Positions 18,593-28,217 of a DNA stretch of 64,000 bases are shown here, piece by piece. The notes under the pieces are model-generated. The model had not been told where the DNA came from, ran no database searches, and saw nothing but the letters and a program-made list of their open reading frames with translations. The stretch comes from Dehalococcoidia bacterium (GTDB taxonomy: Bacteria > Chloroflexota > Dehalococcoidia > Bin125): contig OZ244584.1 in assembly GCA_965218115.1 (NCBI GenBank), positions 2,560,012 through 2,624,011 on the forward strand. The letters are read 5' to 3'. The position numbers were made by a program, and so were the translations under genes. Every line of letters starts with the position of its first letter. Position 1 is the stretch's first letter.

Positions 18593-19641
18593 CCCCGCAC
18601 CGACTGTGCTGCCTGCGCTGCGACGCGACCTCCGAGCCGACGCTGGCGCTGAACTGCGGCGAGTGCGGCGGTCTGTTTCGCGTCGAGCATGCGGAGCCGC
18701 CTTCCGCCGCGGGCCCGCGCCTGCCATGGGCGGCGGTCACGCTGGGCGAGGGCGACACGCCGCTCGTGCGCGTCGAACTCGAGGGTGGCTTCTGGGCGAA
18801 GCTCGAGTTCCGGGCGCCCACCGGCTCGTTCAAGGATCGCGGCGCGGCGATCCTGATCGGGGCGGCGCGGGAGTTCGGGGTGCGCGAGTTCGTTGAGGAC
18901 TCGTCGGGCAACGCCGGCGCAGCGCTCGCCGCCTACGGCAGCAGCGTGGGGATGCGGGCGCACATCTTCCTGCCCGCCGACGCGCCACGCATGAAGCTGG
19001 CCAAGATCGAGCGCCGGGGCGTGCCGCACCCTGTCGCGGGGTCGCGCGCTGCCGCTTCCGCCGCCGCGCAGCGTTTCGCCGCCGAGCGCGGGCTGCCGTT
19101 CCTCTCACACAATCTCAGCCCCTACTTCGCCGAGGGGATGAAGGCGGTCGTGTGGGAGCTGCTCGAGCGGCTGGGCGCGCCGCCCGACCACATCGTGCTG
19201 CCGGTCGGCAACGGCTCGCTGCTGCTGGGCCTCCAGCGCGGCTTCGAGGAACTCCTGGCGATCGGCAGACTCGAGCGGCTGCCCAGGCTGCACGCCGCGC
19301 AGTCCGAGTCGGTCGAGCCGCTGGTCGCCGCCGTGAACGGCCGAGCGGCGCGCCCCGCGACGGCGACCGTCGCGGACGGCATCGCCGTCGCGTCGCCCCC
19401 GCGGCTCGACGAGATGGTCGCAGCGAGCCGCAGCAGCGGCGGCACGGCGATCGCCGTCCCCGAAGCGGCGATCCTCGATGCGCAGCGCGTGCTCGCCGAA
19501 CACGACCTCGCCTGCGAACCCACCTCCGCGGTCCCCCTGGTCGCACTCAGGCAGCTCCGCGAGCGCGGCGTGATCGCCGATGCGGACCAGGTCGTCCTCC
19601 CGCTCACGGGGGCTGCGCTGGGCGGGGACGGCCACATCTGA
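18589..19641 (+). CDS. Threonine synthase-like PLP-dependent enzyme
   Basis: CLRC..CGECG, TLGEGDTP, PTGSFKDRG, DSSGNAG, PVGNG, EPTSA; ATGA overlap with the upstream gene. Confidence 0.85.
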   Translation: MTPHRLCCLRCDATSEPTLALNCGECGGLFRVEHAEPPSAAGPRLPWAAVTLGEGDTPLVRVELEGGFWAKLEFRAPTGSFKDRGAAILIGAAREFGVREFVEDSSGNAGAALAAYGSSVGMRAHIFLPADAPRMKLAKIERRGVPHPVAGSRAAASAAAQRFAAERGLPFLSHNLSPYFAEGMKAVVWELLERLGAPPDHIVLPVGNGSLLLGLQRGFEELLAIGRLERLPRLHAAQSESVEPLVAAVNGRAARPATATVADGIAVASPPRLDEMVAASRSSGGTAIAVPEAAILDAQRVLAEHDLACEPTSAVPLVALRQLRERGVIADADQVVLPLTGAALGGDGHI

Positions 19642-19680
19642 TCGCGGGGTAGGCTGGGGAGCAGAGGGGTTGAGGCGCCG

Positions 19681-21894
19681 ATGTCGGCAATCAGCTCGGG
19701 CTCGCGGCAGCCGGCCGGGCGGGTCGCCTTGCCCAGTTTGCCCTACTGGATCTGGCGACGCCTGACCTCGGTGCGGTGGGCGATTGGGCTGATCCTCGGG
19801 GCGGCGCTGTTCTCAGCGGCGGGGGTGATTATCCCCCAGGTGCCGCCGCAGCTGATCGGCATCCCGGGGCAGATCGAGGCGCACATCGACGCGCAGCGCG
19901 GGACCTGGGGCTGGGCGACCGACCCGCTGGCCGAGTTTCCCTGGTTCTATGACGCCAACGGCGGCATCTTCAACCTCTACCAACAGCCCTACTGGTACGC
20001 GCTGATCGCGCTGGTGGCGGTGGCGATCGCCGTCTGCACGGTCAGCCGCTCGGCGCCGATCTGGCGAACGGTGCGGCGGCCGCCGCGGCGCGTCAATGCT
20101 GCGTACTTCGAGCGGGCGCGGCACCGCTACTCGCGCGATCTGGCGGCGCCGCTGCCGCTTGCGGAGAGCGTCGCGACGGTGACCGCGGCGCTGCGCCGCC
20201 GCCGCTACCGCGTTGAGCAGATCGCCGAGGCGGACGGCGCGGTCGAACTCTTCGCGGACCGCTTCGGCTGGACGCAGCTGGCCACGTTCGTCACGCATCT
20301 CGCGCTGCTGCTGCTGCTGGGCGCGACGCTGACCACGAAATTTGGCGGCGAGGAATATCAGTTCTGGGTCGCTGAGGGCGAGAGCCACCCGCTGTTCGCG
20401 CCGGGCGCCGAGCGGCCGCAGGTGCAGATCATTGTCGACGACGCGATCGCGCGGTTCGCCGACGACGGTCAGGCGCTCGATTTCCGCACCGTCCTACGCG
20501 TCGCCGAGGGCGGGACGGAGGTCGCCGACGGCGAGGTGACGGTCAACGGGCCGCTGCACGCGGCGGGCTATCGCTTCCACCAGGCCTCCTATTGGGAGCA
20601 CGGCGCGCCGCTGCGCGTCTACGAGCACGACACCGGTCAGCTGGTCTACGCGGAGACGCACTTTCTCGACCAGCAGCTCGTGGGGCCGCGGATCCGGATC
20701 GAGCGATCCGGGGCGCTCGTGAGCGAGGAGGTGCTGAGCCTGCAGTACGCCGTCGCCGGCGATGCGCCGGAGGGCGCGGCGTACACGCTGGTGGCGCTCG
20801 ACGCGAACCGCAGCCTCGCGCTGACGCTGATCCCGTCGGGGGCAGGGATCGATTTCTGGTACCGCGTCGTCGACGTCCCCGCCCGCTCGCCGATGGCGGA
20901 GCGCCTGACGCTCGCCGAGCTCGGCGTGGGCGCTGAAGCCCCGTGGGCGCCGCGACTGCGGCTCGTTGGCGATGACGGAGAGCTGCTGATCGACGGACTG
21001 GTCGGCCTCGACCAGGCGCTCCAGGACGGTGACGCGCGACTGGCGACGCTGACGCTGCCATCGGGCGAGCGGCTCGCGGTCGGGTTCCGTGCGGTGGGCG
21101 CGGAGCGTGAGTTCTTCTATTACTCGTTCGACGACGAATCGGCCCGCGGCGCGCTGGCTGCCGGCGGGTCGGCGCGGGTCGGTGCGGCGACGCTTGAGTA
21201 TCTCGGCGAAGCGCGCGACACGACACGGCAGGGCCGCCTTGAGGCGGGCGAGCGCCGCCGGGTGGGGACGATCGAGCTCACCTACCTCGGCTCCGAGTCT
21301 GTCTTCTACGCGGTGGTCGGCGACGTGCCGGGCGCCGACGGTGACACGCTCGTGGCGCTGGAGCGCTTCGGGCAGGCGCGGACGGCGGAGACCTTCAACG
21401 CGATGGGCGGCGAAGATGTCGAGCTGGCCGTCGGATCCAATGCGACGAGCAGCGGCGGGCAGGTTGGACGGCCCGCGCGGATGGTGCTCGGGCTCGGCGG
21501 TGAGACGCCGCGGATCGAGCTCGACGAGGGCGAGGACATCGTCGCCAACGGCTACCGCTATGAGTTCAGCGGCCCGCGCGAGTTCACCGGGCTCAACGTG
21601 CGCCGCGACCCGGGTGGGATCGTGTTCTGGGTGGGCGTGGCGCTGGGCGTGATCGGGATGTCGACGACGTTCTTCGTCCCGCGTCGGCGCGTCTGGGCGC
21701 GGGTCACGAGCGAGCGCGTGGCGCTGGCCGGCCAGGCCGGCCACGGCGTGCGGCTGAGCCGCGAGCTGCAGGTCATCGGCGACGAGTCGGCGGGCGACCT
21801 CGAGCAGGTCGAGGCCTCCAGGCGCCGCTGGCTGCGCGGCCGCTACAGCGAGGACTACGCCGCGGGAGCGACCGACGAGGACGAGGCCAGATGA
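19681..21894 (+). CDS. resB: Cytochrome c biogenesis protein ResB/Ccs1 (enlarged)
   Basis: LTSVRWAI..GVIIPQ, conserved His in THLALL, VTVNGPL..GYRFHQASY, FTGLNVRRDPG..RRRVW. Confidence 0.85.
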   Translation: MSAISSGSRQPAGRVALPSLPYWIWRRLTSVRWAIGLILGAALFSAAGVIIPQVPPQLIGIPGQIEAHIDAQRGTWGWATDPLAEFPWFYDANGGIFNLYQQPYWYALIALVAVAIAVCTVSRSAPIWRTVRRPPRRVNAAYFERARHRYSRDLAAPLPLAESVATVTAALRRRRYRVEQIAEADGAVELFADRFGWTQLATFVTHLALLLLLGATLTTKFGGEEYQFWVAEGESHPLFAPGAERPQVQIIVDDAIARFADDGQALDFRTVLRVAEGGTEVADGEVTVNGPLHAAGYRFHQASYWEHGAPLRVYEHDTGQLVYAETHFLDQQLVGPRIRIERSGALVSEEVLSLQYAVAGDAPEGAAYTLVALDANRSLALTLIPSGAGIDFWYRVVDVPARSPMAERLTLAELGVGAEAPWAPRLRLVGDDGELLIDGLVGLDQALQDGDARLATLTLPSGERLAVGFRAVGAEREFFYYSFDDESARGALAAGGSARVGAATLEYLGEARDTTRQGRLEAGERRRVGTIELTYLGSESVFYAVVGDVPGADGDTLVALERFGQARTAETFNAMGGEDVELAVGSNATSSGGQVGRPARMVLGLGGETPRIELDEGEDIVANGYRYEFSGPREFTGLNVRRDPGGIVFWVGVALGVIGMSTTFFVPRRRVWARVTSERVALAGQAGHGVRLSRELQVIGDESAGDLEQVEASRRRWLRGRYSEDYAAGATDEDEAR

Positions 21895-22070
21895 CAGAGA
21901 CGGCGGGACTGGAGAGCACGCTCTTCTACCGCGACAATCTGGAGGTGCTGCGCACCGAGTTCCCCGGCGACTCTGTTGACCTGATTTACCTCGATCCTCC
22001 GTTCAACTCCAACGCGACATACGAGATGCTAGGTGTGCTACGACTCACACCTATTTCGAAAGCAGGGTGA
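21891..22070 (+). pseudogene. Truncated N6/N4 DNA methyltransferase (N-terminus only)
   Basis: MTETAGLESTLFYRDNLEVLR..DSVDLIYLDPPFNSNATY, then loss of similarity and a stop after 59 aa. Confidence 0.85.
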
Positions 22071-22089
22071 CCGTTGGGAGGCAAACGCG

Positions 22090-22551
22090 TCAAGGAGTCA
22101 GGTCGTCGTCGTCGTTCTCACGCCTGCGCGCCCGTGCTCCATAGACGAATATCGCAGCCACGCTCGCGATGGTGCTGGTAACGACTGCAGCAGCCTCCTC
22201 AGACTGCCCCAAGTAGGTCATCAGGGCGCCAGCAGCCACGATCGCTAATGCGACAGTCGCACCTGCTTAGAGGCCACGGTTCGACCTTCCGTAGTCAGCT
22301 TGGATACTCAGCCTCTTGAGTTCCAAGAATGTGCGTTCGGCATCGTGTCGCTGGGCGAGTTCCTTTTCGGCCATCGTGATGATTCGGTCCGCTGCGCCGG
22401 GCAGAACTGACTCGTATTTCGCGAGTTCCTCCGGCTGTGGCAATGGTCCGCTGTCTAACTCAGCACTGATCTGCGTTACGCGGCGTGGGGGCTCTGTGGA
22501 TCCATCTACATCGTCAGGAACGATTGCTTGTTCTTCGTTTTCCCCCACCAT
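22090..22551 (-). pseudogene. DUF2335 membrane protein interrupted by an in-frame TAA at 22267-22269
   Basis: SGPLPQPEELAKYESVLPGAADRIITMAEKE; after the stop the frame continues AGATVALAIVAAGALMTYLG..IFVYG (TM helices) to TGA at 22090. Confidence 0.8.
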
Positions 22552-22560
22552 TGCCCGACT

Positions 22561-22908
22561 CTATTCGCTGTCGTGGATTTCCAACGGCGGCGGCAAAATC
22601 TTCCGCATGTCAGCACCAACCGTCGCCCAAGCCTGCGCCAGTGATTGAGCAGCTGACTTGTCCACAATCCGTGGATTGAGCCGAACGCGCGGAGTGAGCA
22701 CGCCAGCAAAGTCCCACAGGCTCGCCACTCCCCTCAGAACCGTCGGGGCTGGGACAGTGATCGTCCCGTATTCCCGCAGGCGTTCGCGGATGTCTTCCTC
22801 GATCTCCACAACGAATGATGCCCGCCTGTGAACGTGAACCACCCTGCCAGTTGGCTTACCTGACATGGCCAGTGCCTCTCTCTGACCTTGGCTCGTCAGT
22901 GTAGACAT
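22561..22908 (-). CDS. Hypothetical protein of the type found upstream of DUF2335 genes
   Basis: PTVLRGVASLWDFAG..LAQAWATVGADMR pattern; co-oriented and 9 bp from the DUF2335 start. Confidence 0.55.
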   Translation of the reverse strand: MSTLTSQGQREALAMSGKPTGRVVHVHRRASFVVEIEEDIRERLREYGTITVPAPTVLRGVASLWDFAGVLTPRVRLNPRIVDKSAAQSLAQAWATVGADMRKILPPPLEIHDSE

Positions 22909-23114
22909 GGCGTCAAGCGCCACCGTTCCGCGCTACCCAGCTTGTGGTGAGTACTCAGGATGTAAGCACCTCTGCAGAACGCGCTGTTCCACGGCGACAA
23001 CCCGCTCATCTCGCTGGCGGATAAACCTTGCAGGCCGGCTGTCCGACCTGCCGATCCCGGTTTCCTGGGCGCGACGGCGGGCGCTGTTCGGGCGGCGCGC
23101 GATATGGTCCCTCT

Positions 23115-24062
23115 GTGCCAATCTCGCTGATCGCATTCATCAACATTCGGATCAACCCGGTGCTGATCGACACCGGTGGGTTTGCGATCACCTGGCACGG
23201 GTTGTTCACAGCGATCGGGATCGCGGCGGGCGTGTGGCTGGCGATTCGGCTGGCGCAGCTGGCGCGGCTCAACGAGGACGACTCGATGAGCATCGCGGTG
23301 GTCTCGGTCGTATTCGGGATCGTCGGCGCGCGGCTGCTCTGGGTCTTCGAGCACACCGACCAGATTCACAACGTCGGCGATGTGTTCGCTGTGACCGACG
23401 GCGGGATTTCGGTCTACGGGGCGATGATCGGCGGGGTGCTCGGAGGATTCATCTACGTCTCGATCTTCAAGCGCTCATTTCCCAAGTGGGTCGCGCTCGA
23501 TGTCGCCGCGCCGGGGATGATTCTGGGCCAGGCGGTCGGCCGGCTCGGCGACTTCGTCAACGGCGAGCACTTCGCCTCGCAGTCCAGCCTGCCCTGGGCC
23601 TTCCGCTACACGCATCCGCAGACCGACGGTCCCTGGGCGGTCTGGGCGGACGGCAACCCGGTGGGGAACTGGTTCCGCGGCTCACTCGAGCGGGCCGGCG
23701 AAATGCCCGTGCCGGTGCATCCAGTGGCCGGCGGCTACGAGTTGCTGCTCGACTTCATGATTCTCGGTGTGCTGCTCTGGATGCGCCGCTTCCCGATCGG
23801 CGATGGCTGGCGCTTCGTCGTCTACGTGCTGGCCTACGCGGCGGTGCGCGGCACGCTGGCGATCATGCGCACCGATGAGGCGCTCGTCGCGGGGGCGCTC
23901 TCGGTGCCTCAGCTGACCGCGATCGTCACCGCGATCGCCGCGCTGGTGATGGCCGCGCACCTGCTGCGGCGCGACAGAGGCCACAGCACGGGCGGCGGAT
24001 CGTCCCGCGGCAACGCGCCGCGTCGTGGCCGCCTGATGCGCGGCGGCCTGGCCAGGGGCTGA
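23115..24062 (+). CDS. lgt: Prolipoprotein diacylglyceryl transferase
   Basis: ITWHG, GARL, GGISVYG, GQAVGRLGDFVNGE, HP..YE. Confidence 0.92.
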   Translation: MPISLIAFINIRINPVLIDTGGFAITWHGLFTAIGIAAGVWLAIRLAQLARLNEDDSMSIAVVSVVFGIVGARLLWVFEHTDQIHNVGDVFAVTDGGISVYGAMIGGVLGGFIYVSIFKRSFPKWVALDVAAPGMILGQAVGRLGDFVNGEHFASQSSLPWAFRYTHPQTDGPWAVWADGNPVGNWFRGSLERAGEMPVPVHPVAGGYELLLDFMILGVLLWMRRFPIGDGWRFVVYVLAYAAVRGTLAIMRTDEALVAGALSVPQLTAIVTAIAALVMAAHLLRRDRGHSTGGGSSRGNAPRRGRLMRGGLARG

Positions 24063-24070
24063 GCCTGCCC

Positions 24071-24391
24071 ATGCCGACAGAGCAGCCCATAGAGCAGCCC
24101 ACAGAGCAGTCCGCAGAAGTGCGACTCGTGCTCTATCGCCGCGCCGAATGCTCGGCCTGCGACCGCGCGACCGACGCCCTGCGGTCGATCGCCAGCGTCG
24201 TGGGAGTGGGGTGGCAGGAGCGTGAGGTGGACGGCGACACCGAGCTGCAGGCGCGCTACGGGGCGCGTGTCCCGGTGATCGTGCTGGAGGGCGACCGCGA
24301 GCCGGTCGAGCTGGCTGTGACCCACGTCAACGCAGGGGCGCTCGCGCGCGACCTGCGCGCCGCGCTCAGTCGTGCGGCTCGCTCAGGTTGA
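24071..24391 (+). CDS. Glutaredoxin-like protein (DUF836)
   Basis: [28 protein letters not shown]. Confidence 0.85.
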   Translation: MPTEQPIEQPTEQSAEVRLVLYRRAECSACDRATDALRSIASVVGVGWQEREVDGDTELQARYGARVPVIVLEGDREPVELAVTHVNAGALARDLRAALSRAARSG

Positions 24392-25121
24392 TCGCGTGCA
24401 GCCCGCACTCCTTTTGCGTCGCCTCTTCCCACCACCATCGGCCGGCCCGCTCGTGCTCGCCGGGGTGCGTCGCGCGCGTGCAGGGCTCGCAGCCGATCGA
24501 CTTGAAGCCGCGGTCGTGCAGCGGGTTGTAGGGCACGCGATAGGTCTGGATGTAGTCCCAGACCTGCATCGATGAGAAGTTGGCCAGCGGATTGAACTTG
24601 ACCATCGGCTCGGCCGCGCGTCCAAATCCAGCATCGAGCTGCACTACCGGGAGGTCGGAGCGGGTGCCGGGGCTCTGGTCCTTGCGCTGGCCGGTCGCGT
24701 AGGCGCGCACGCCGTGCAGCGCGCGGCCGAGCGGCTCGACCTTGCGGATTCCGCAGCATTCCTGATGCCCGTCGCGGCGGAAGGAGAACAGTCCCTTCTC
24801 GCGCACCAGCGCCTCGAGCGGCGCGGCCTGCGGGCTGACGAGCTCGATGGTGATCCCGTAGTGCTCGCGGACGCGCTCAATGAACGCCAACGTCTCGCCG
24901 TGCAGCCGCCCCGTGTCGAGCGAGAAGACGCGGAAAGCGTCGGCGCCGGCGGCGCGCTGCGCCATGTCGATCAGCACGACATCTTCGGCGCCGCTGAAGG
25001 AGATGCTCAGCCCCGGGAACTGTGCGAGCGCCTCGGCCAGGATGTCGGCCGGATGGCTGCGCTCGAGCCGTGCCGCGGCCTGCTCAACGTCGGATTCGGT
25101 GCGCGGAGTGTCATGTGACAT
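24366..25121 (-). CDS. cysH: APS/PAPS reductase, 4Fe-4S type
   Basis: [43 protein letters not shown]. Confidence 0.95.
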   Translation of the reverse strand: MSHDTPRTESDVEQAAARLERSHPADILAEALAQFPGLSISFSGAEDVVLIDMAQRAAGADAFRVFSLDTGRLHGETLAFIERVREHYGITIELVSPQAAPLEALVREKGLFSFRRDGHQECCGIRKVEPLGRALHGVRAYATGQRKDQSPGTRSDLPVVQLDAGFGRAAEPMVKFNPLANFSSMQVWDYIQTYRVPYNPLHDRGFKSIGCEPCTRATHPGEHERAGRWWWEEATQKECGLHAINLSEPHD

Positions 25122-25144
25122 GTTGAACTCGCGGGTGATGGGCG

Positions 25145-25169
25145 AAATCGGACTATTTCGGTTAGGATT
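25145..25169. promoter_or_regulatory. Putative Rrf2/CymR operator
   Basis: AT-rich imperfect palindrome aaatcggactatttcggttaggatt between divergent cysH and rrf2. Confidence 0.55.
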
Positions 25170-25250
25170 GTCATCATCGTAGCGCCGAGGGGCCGATCGA
25201 ACCCTCATGTGGACCCTCGCGAGTTGCCATCGGGAAGCTGTTCGTTCGCC

Positions 25251-25685
25251 ATGATGAAGCTGGCCAGCACGAGCGACTACGGCATCCGGGCGCTCGTCGA
25301 CCTTGCCCAGCACGAGGGCGCCGGCCCGATTCCCAGCAGCGAGATCGCCGCCCGCCAGGGCATCCCCGAGTCGCTGGTGGGCCAGGTGCTGGGACGGTTG
25401 CGAACCTCCGGCTTCATCCGCTCGACGCGCGGCGCGCACGGCGGCCATCAGCTGGCCATGCCTCCCGCTCAGATCAGGCTCGACGAGGTGGTTCAGGCGC
25501 TCGAAGGCCCGATCGTGCCCGGGGCCTGCCTCGAGAACGCGCCGATCGCGCGCTGTACGGGGGCCGCCGCACAGGTCCGCCTCTGGGCGGATGTGCGCGC
25601 GGCCATCCTGGAGGTCCTCAACGGGCGCACTGTCGAGGACCTCGCCCAGCAAGAGGTGGCCAGCGGCGGCCGCTATCACATCTGA
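25251..25685 (+). CDS. Rrf2 family regulator, CymR-like
   Basis: [27 protein letters not shown]-terminal RYHI. Confidence 0.9.
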   Translation: MMKLASTSDYGIRALVDLAQHEGAGPIPSSEIAARQGIPESLVGQVLGRLRTSGFIRSTRGAHGGHQLAMPPAQIRLDEVVQALEGPIVPGACLENAPIARCTGAAAQVRLWADVRAAILEVLNGRTVEDLAQQEVASGGRYHI

Positions 25686-25790
25686 CCACACGACTGACCA
25701 CACGAGCCGGCACAGCATCGATCACAGAGGCCGGTGCGCAGCGAATGACCAACGACGAGCGGCGCGGGATGCGGAGCGTTTAACACACTC

Positions 25791-26723
25791 GTGAGCGTGC
25801 AGCGACCAGCAGTAGCGGACACCGTGCTCGACCTGATCGGCGCGACCCCAATGGTGCGCCTGCATCGGGTCACGCCGGCGGGCGCGGCCGAGATCGTCGC
25901 CAAGCTCGAGTCGCTCAACCCCGGCGGCTCGGTCAAGGACCGGATCGCGCACGCGATGGTCGAGGACGCCGAATGCAGCGGCGCGCTCAGCGCCGGCGAC
26001 ACGATCGTCGAGCCGACCTCGGGCAACACCGGCGTCGGGCTGGCGCTCGTCGCGGCGGTCAAGGGTTACCGGCTGATCCTCACGATGCCCGAGGACATGA
26101 GCCACGAGCGGCGCCGGCTGCTTGAGCGCTTCGGCGCGGAGGTGATTCTGACCCCCGCCATTGAAGGCATGACCGGCGCCGTCTTCGCCGCCGAAGAGAT
26201 GGCGAGCGAGCCGGGCTATTTCATGCCGCAACAGTTTCTCAACCCGTCCAATCCCGAGGTGCACCGCCGCACCACCGCCGGCGAGATCTGGGCCGCGCTC
26301 GATGGCGAGCTCGACGCCTTTGTGACCGGCGTGGGCACGGGCGGTACGATCACCGGGGTCGGCGAGTGGATGCGCGAGCGCAAGCCCGACCTGGCGATCG
26401 TGGCCGTCGAACCGGAGCGCTCGCCGGTGCTACAGGGCGGTCGCTTCGCGGTGCACGCGATCCAGGGCATCGGCGCGTCGTTCGTGCCGGGCGTGCTCAA
26501 TCGCGAGATTTACGACGAGGTGATCGGTGTGAGCGACGATGCCGCCCGCTCGATGACCGCCCGCCTGGCCCGCGAGGAGGGCCTCCTGGCCGGCATCTCG
26601 TCGGGCGCCAACGTGCACGCTGCGATCGAGATCGCGCAACGGCTCGGTGAGGGACGCCGCGTCGTCACGACCATCTGCGACACCGGTGAGCGATACCTGA
26701 GCGTGTCGCTGGGGGACAACTAA
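25791..26723 (+). CDS. cysK: Cysteine synthase A
   Basis: NPGGSVKDR, EPTSGNTG, GTGGT, HAIQGIG, DTGERYLS. Confidence 0.95.
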   Translation: MSVQRPAVADTVLDLIGATPMVRLHRVTPAGAAEIVAKLESLNPGGSVKDRIAHAMVEDAECSGALSAGDTIVEPTSGNTGVGLALVAAVKGYRLILTMPEDMSHERRRLLERFGAEVILTPAIEGMTGAVFAAEEMASEPGYFMPQQFLNPSNPEVHRRTTAGEIWAALDGELDAFVTGVGTGGTITGVGEWMRERKPDLAIVAVEPERSPVLQGGRFAVHAIQGIGASFVPGVLNREIYDEVIGVSDDAARSMTARLAREEGLLAGISSGANVHAAIEIAQRLGEGRRVVTTICDTGERYLSVSLGDN

Positions 26724-26784
26724 CGTGCGTAGCAGTGGGCTGCGCGATGCGAGCATCGGCTCGCCAACGACAGAGGAGCCTGGC

Positions 26785-27888
26785 ATGAGCGTTCGCGTCT
26801 ATATCCCGACGCCGTTCCGCAAGATCACCGGCAACCGCACCTTCGTGGACGCTGACGGCGTCGACGTGAACGGGGTGCTGCGCGATCTTGAGCAGCGGTT
26901 CCCGGGCTTCGGCGAGATGGTCTTCGACGGCGAGCAGGAAGTGCTCGAACACGTCAACGTCTACCTCAACAGCCACGAAATCCGCTCGCTGCAGGGCGCG
27001 AACACCGCGGTCGCCGACGGCGATGAAGTCGCCGTGATCCCCGCGATCGCGGGCGGCGAAGCGATGACCCCCGAGATGGTCGAGCGCTACTCGCGACACC
27101 TGATCATGGACCAGGTCGGGCCGATCGGGCAGCGCAAGCTGATCGATGGCAAGGTCCTGGCAGTCGGCGCCGGCGGGCTCGGCTCGCCCGTGCTCGTCTA
27201 CCTCGCCGCGGCCGGGATCGGCACGATCGGGATCGTCGACTTCGATGTGGTCGACCGCTCGAACCTGCAGCGCCAGATCATCCACGGGACGGGCGACATC
27301 GGGCGCCCGAAGGTCGAGTCGGCTCGGGACAGCATCGCCGACATGAACCCGAACGTGGTCGTCGAGACGCACACGCAGCCGCTCACGTCGGAGAACGCGA
27401 TGGAGATCATCCCGCAGTACGACGTGATCATCAACGGCGCGGACAACTTCGCGACGCGCTACCTGGTCAACGACGCCGCCTTCCTGAGCGAGAAGATCCT
27501 GGTCGATGGCAGCATCTTCCTCTTCGAGGGGCAGGTCACGACCTTCTTCCCAGGCGAGGGCTGCTACCGCTGCCTCTACCCCAGCCCGCCGCCGCCCGGC
27601 ATGGTGCCCTCCTGCGCCGAGGCCGGCGTGCTCGGCGTACTGCCCGGCACGATCGGCGCGATTCAGGCGACCGAGGCGATCAAGGTGCTGCTCGAACAGG
27701 GCGAACCGCTCAAGAACCGGCTGCTGCTCTACGACGCGCTGGCGATGGACTTCCGCACCGTCAAGATTCGCCGCGACCCGGCCTGCCCGCTCTGCGGCGA
27801 CGCGCCGTCGGTCACGGAACTGATCGACTACGAAGAGTTCTGCGGCTCACCCTTCCACGAGGGCCCGGCCGCGGCGGCCGGCGCCTGA
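26785..27888 (+). CDS. ThiS/MoaD ubiquitin-like carrier fused to a MoeB/ThiF E1 adenylyltransferase
   Basis: About 91-aa beta-grasp domain ending IPAIAGG, then in frame RYSRH, GAGGLG, SNLQRQ, CYRC, PSCAEAG, CPLC; no rhodanese domain. Confidence 0.92.
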   Translation: MSVRVYIPTPFRKITGNRTFVDADGVDVNGVLRDLEQRFPGFGEMVFDGEQEVLEHVNVYLNSHEIRSLQGANTAVADGDEVAVIPAIAGGEAMTPEMVERYSRHLIMDQVGPIGQRKLIDGKVLAVGAGGLGSPVLVYLAAAGIGTIGIVDFDVVDRSNLQRQIIHGTGDIGRPKVESARDSIADMNPNVVVETHTQPLTSENAMEIIPQYDVIINGADNFATRYLVNDAAFLSEKILVDGSIFLFEGQVTTFFPGEGCYRCLYPSPPPPGMVPSCAEAGVLGVLPGTIGAIQATEAIKVLLEQGEPLKNRLLLYDALAMDFRTVKIRRDPACPLCGDAPSVTELIDYEEFCGSPFHEGPAAAAGA

Positions 27889-27938
27889 CGGCGCCGAGAC
27901 GCGGATGAAGCTGATGCTGCCGGAGAGGATCGCCTGCA

Positions 27939-28217
27939 ATGCCCGTTGAAGTGCGCGTGCCATCGATGCTGCAGAAGTTCACCGCCGGCGAAAAGCTGGT
28001 CCAGCTGGAATCGGCCAGCGTGGCGGAGATGCTCAGCTCGCTTGAGCGTTCGTACCCCGGGATCGGCGGTCAGCTGATGGATCAGGGCGAGCTGCGCCGC
28101 TTCGTCAACATCTATCTGAACGACGAGGACATTCGATTCCTCGACGGCATGGAGACGGCGCTGAACGATGGCGACGTGCTCGCCATCCTGCCGGCGCTGG
28201 CCGGCGGCATCCAATGA
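27939..28217 (+). CDS. cysO: Sulfur carrier protein, CysO/MoaD family
   Basis: LRRFVNIYLNDEDIRF..ILPALAGG-IQ. Confidence 0.88.
   Translation: MPVEVRVPSMLQKFTAGEKLVQLESASVAEMLSSLERSYPGIGGQLMDQGELRRFVNIYLNDEDIRFLDGMETALNDGDVLAILPALAGGIQ

Noticed and set aside
22267-22269. Programmed Sec/Pyl readthrough in DUF2335
   Set aside because: The stop is TAA, which is not a recoded codon; a nonsense mutation or sequencing error is simpler.
24366-25718. 450-aa version of cysH, and similar long N-terminal extensions of gltX, purL, the LLM gene and ORF 53830
   Set aside because: The extensions overlap real neighbouring genes and reflect stop-codon scarcity at high GC; starts were reassigned.
25686-25790. 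Cys-rich leader peptide before cysK
   Set aside because: The short ORF here (MTNDERRGMRSV) has no Cys codons.
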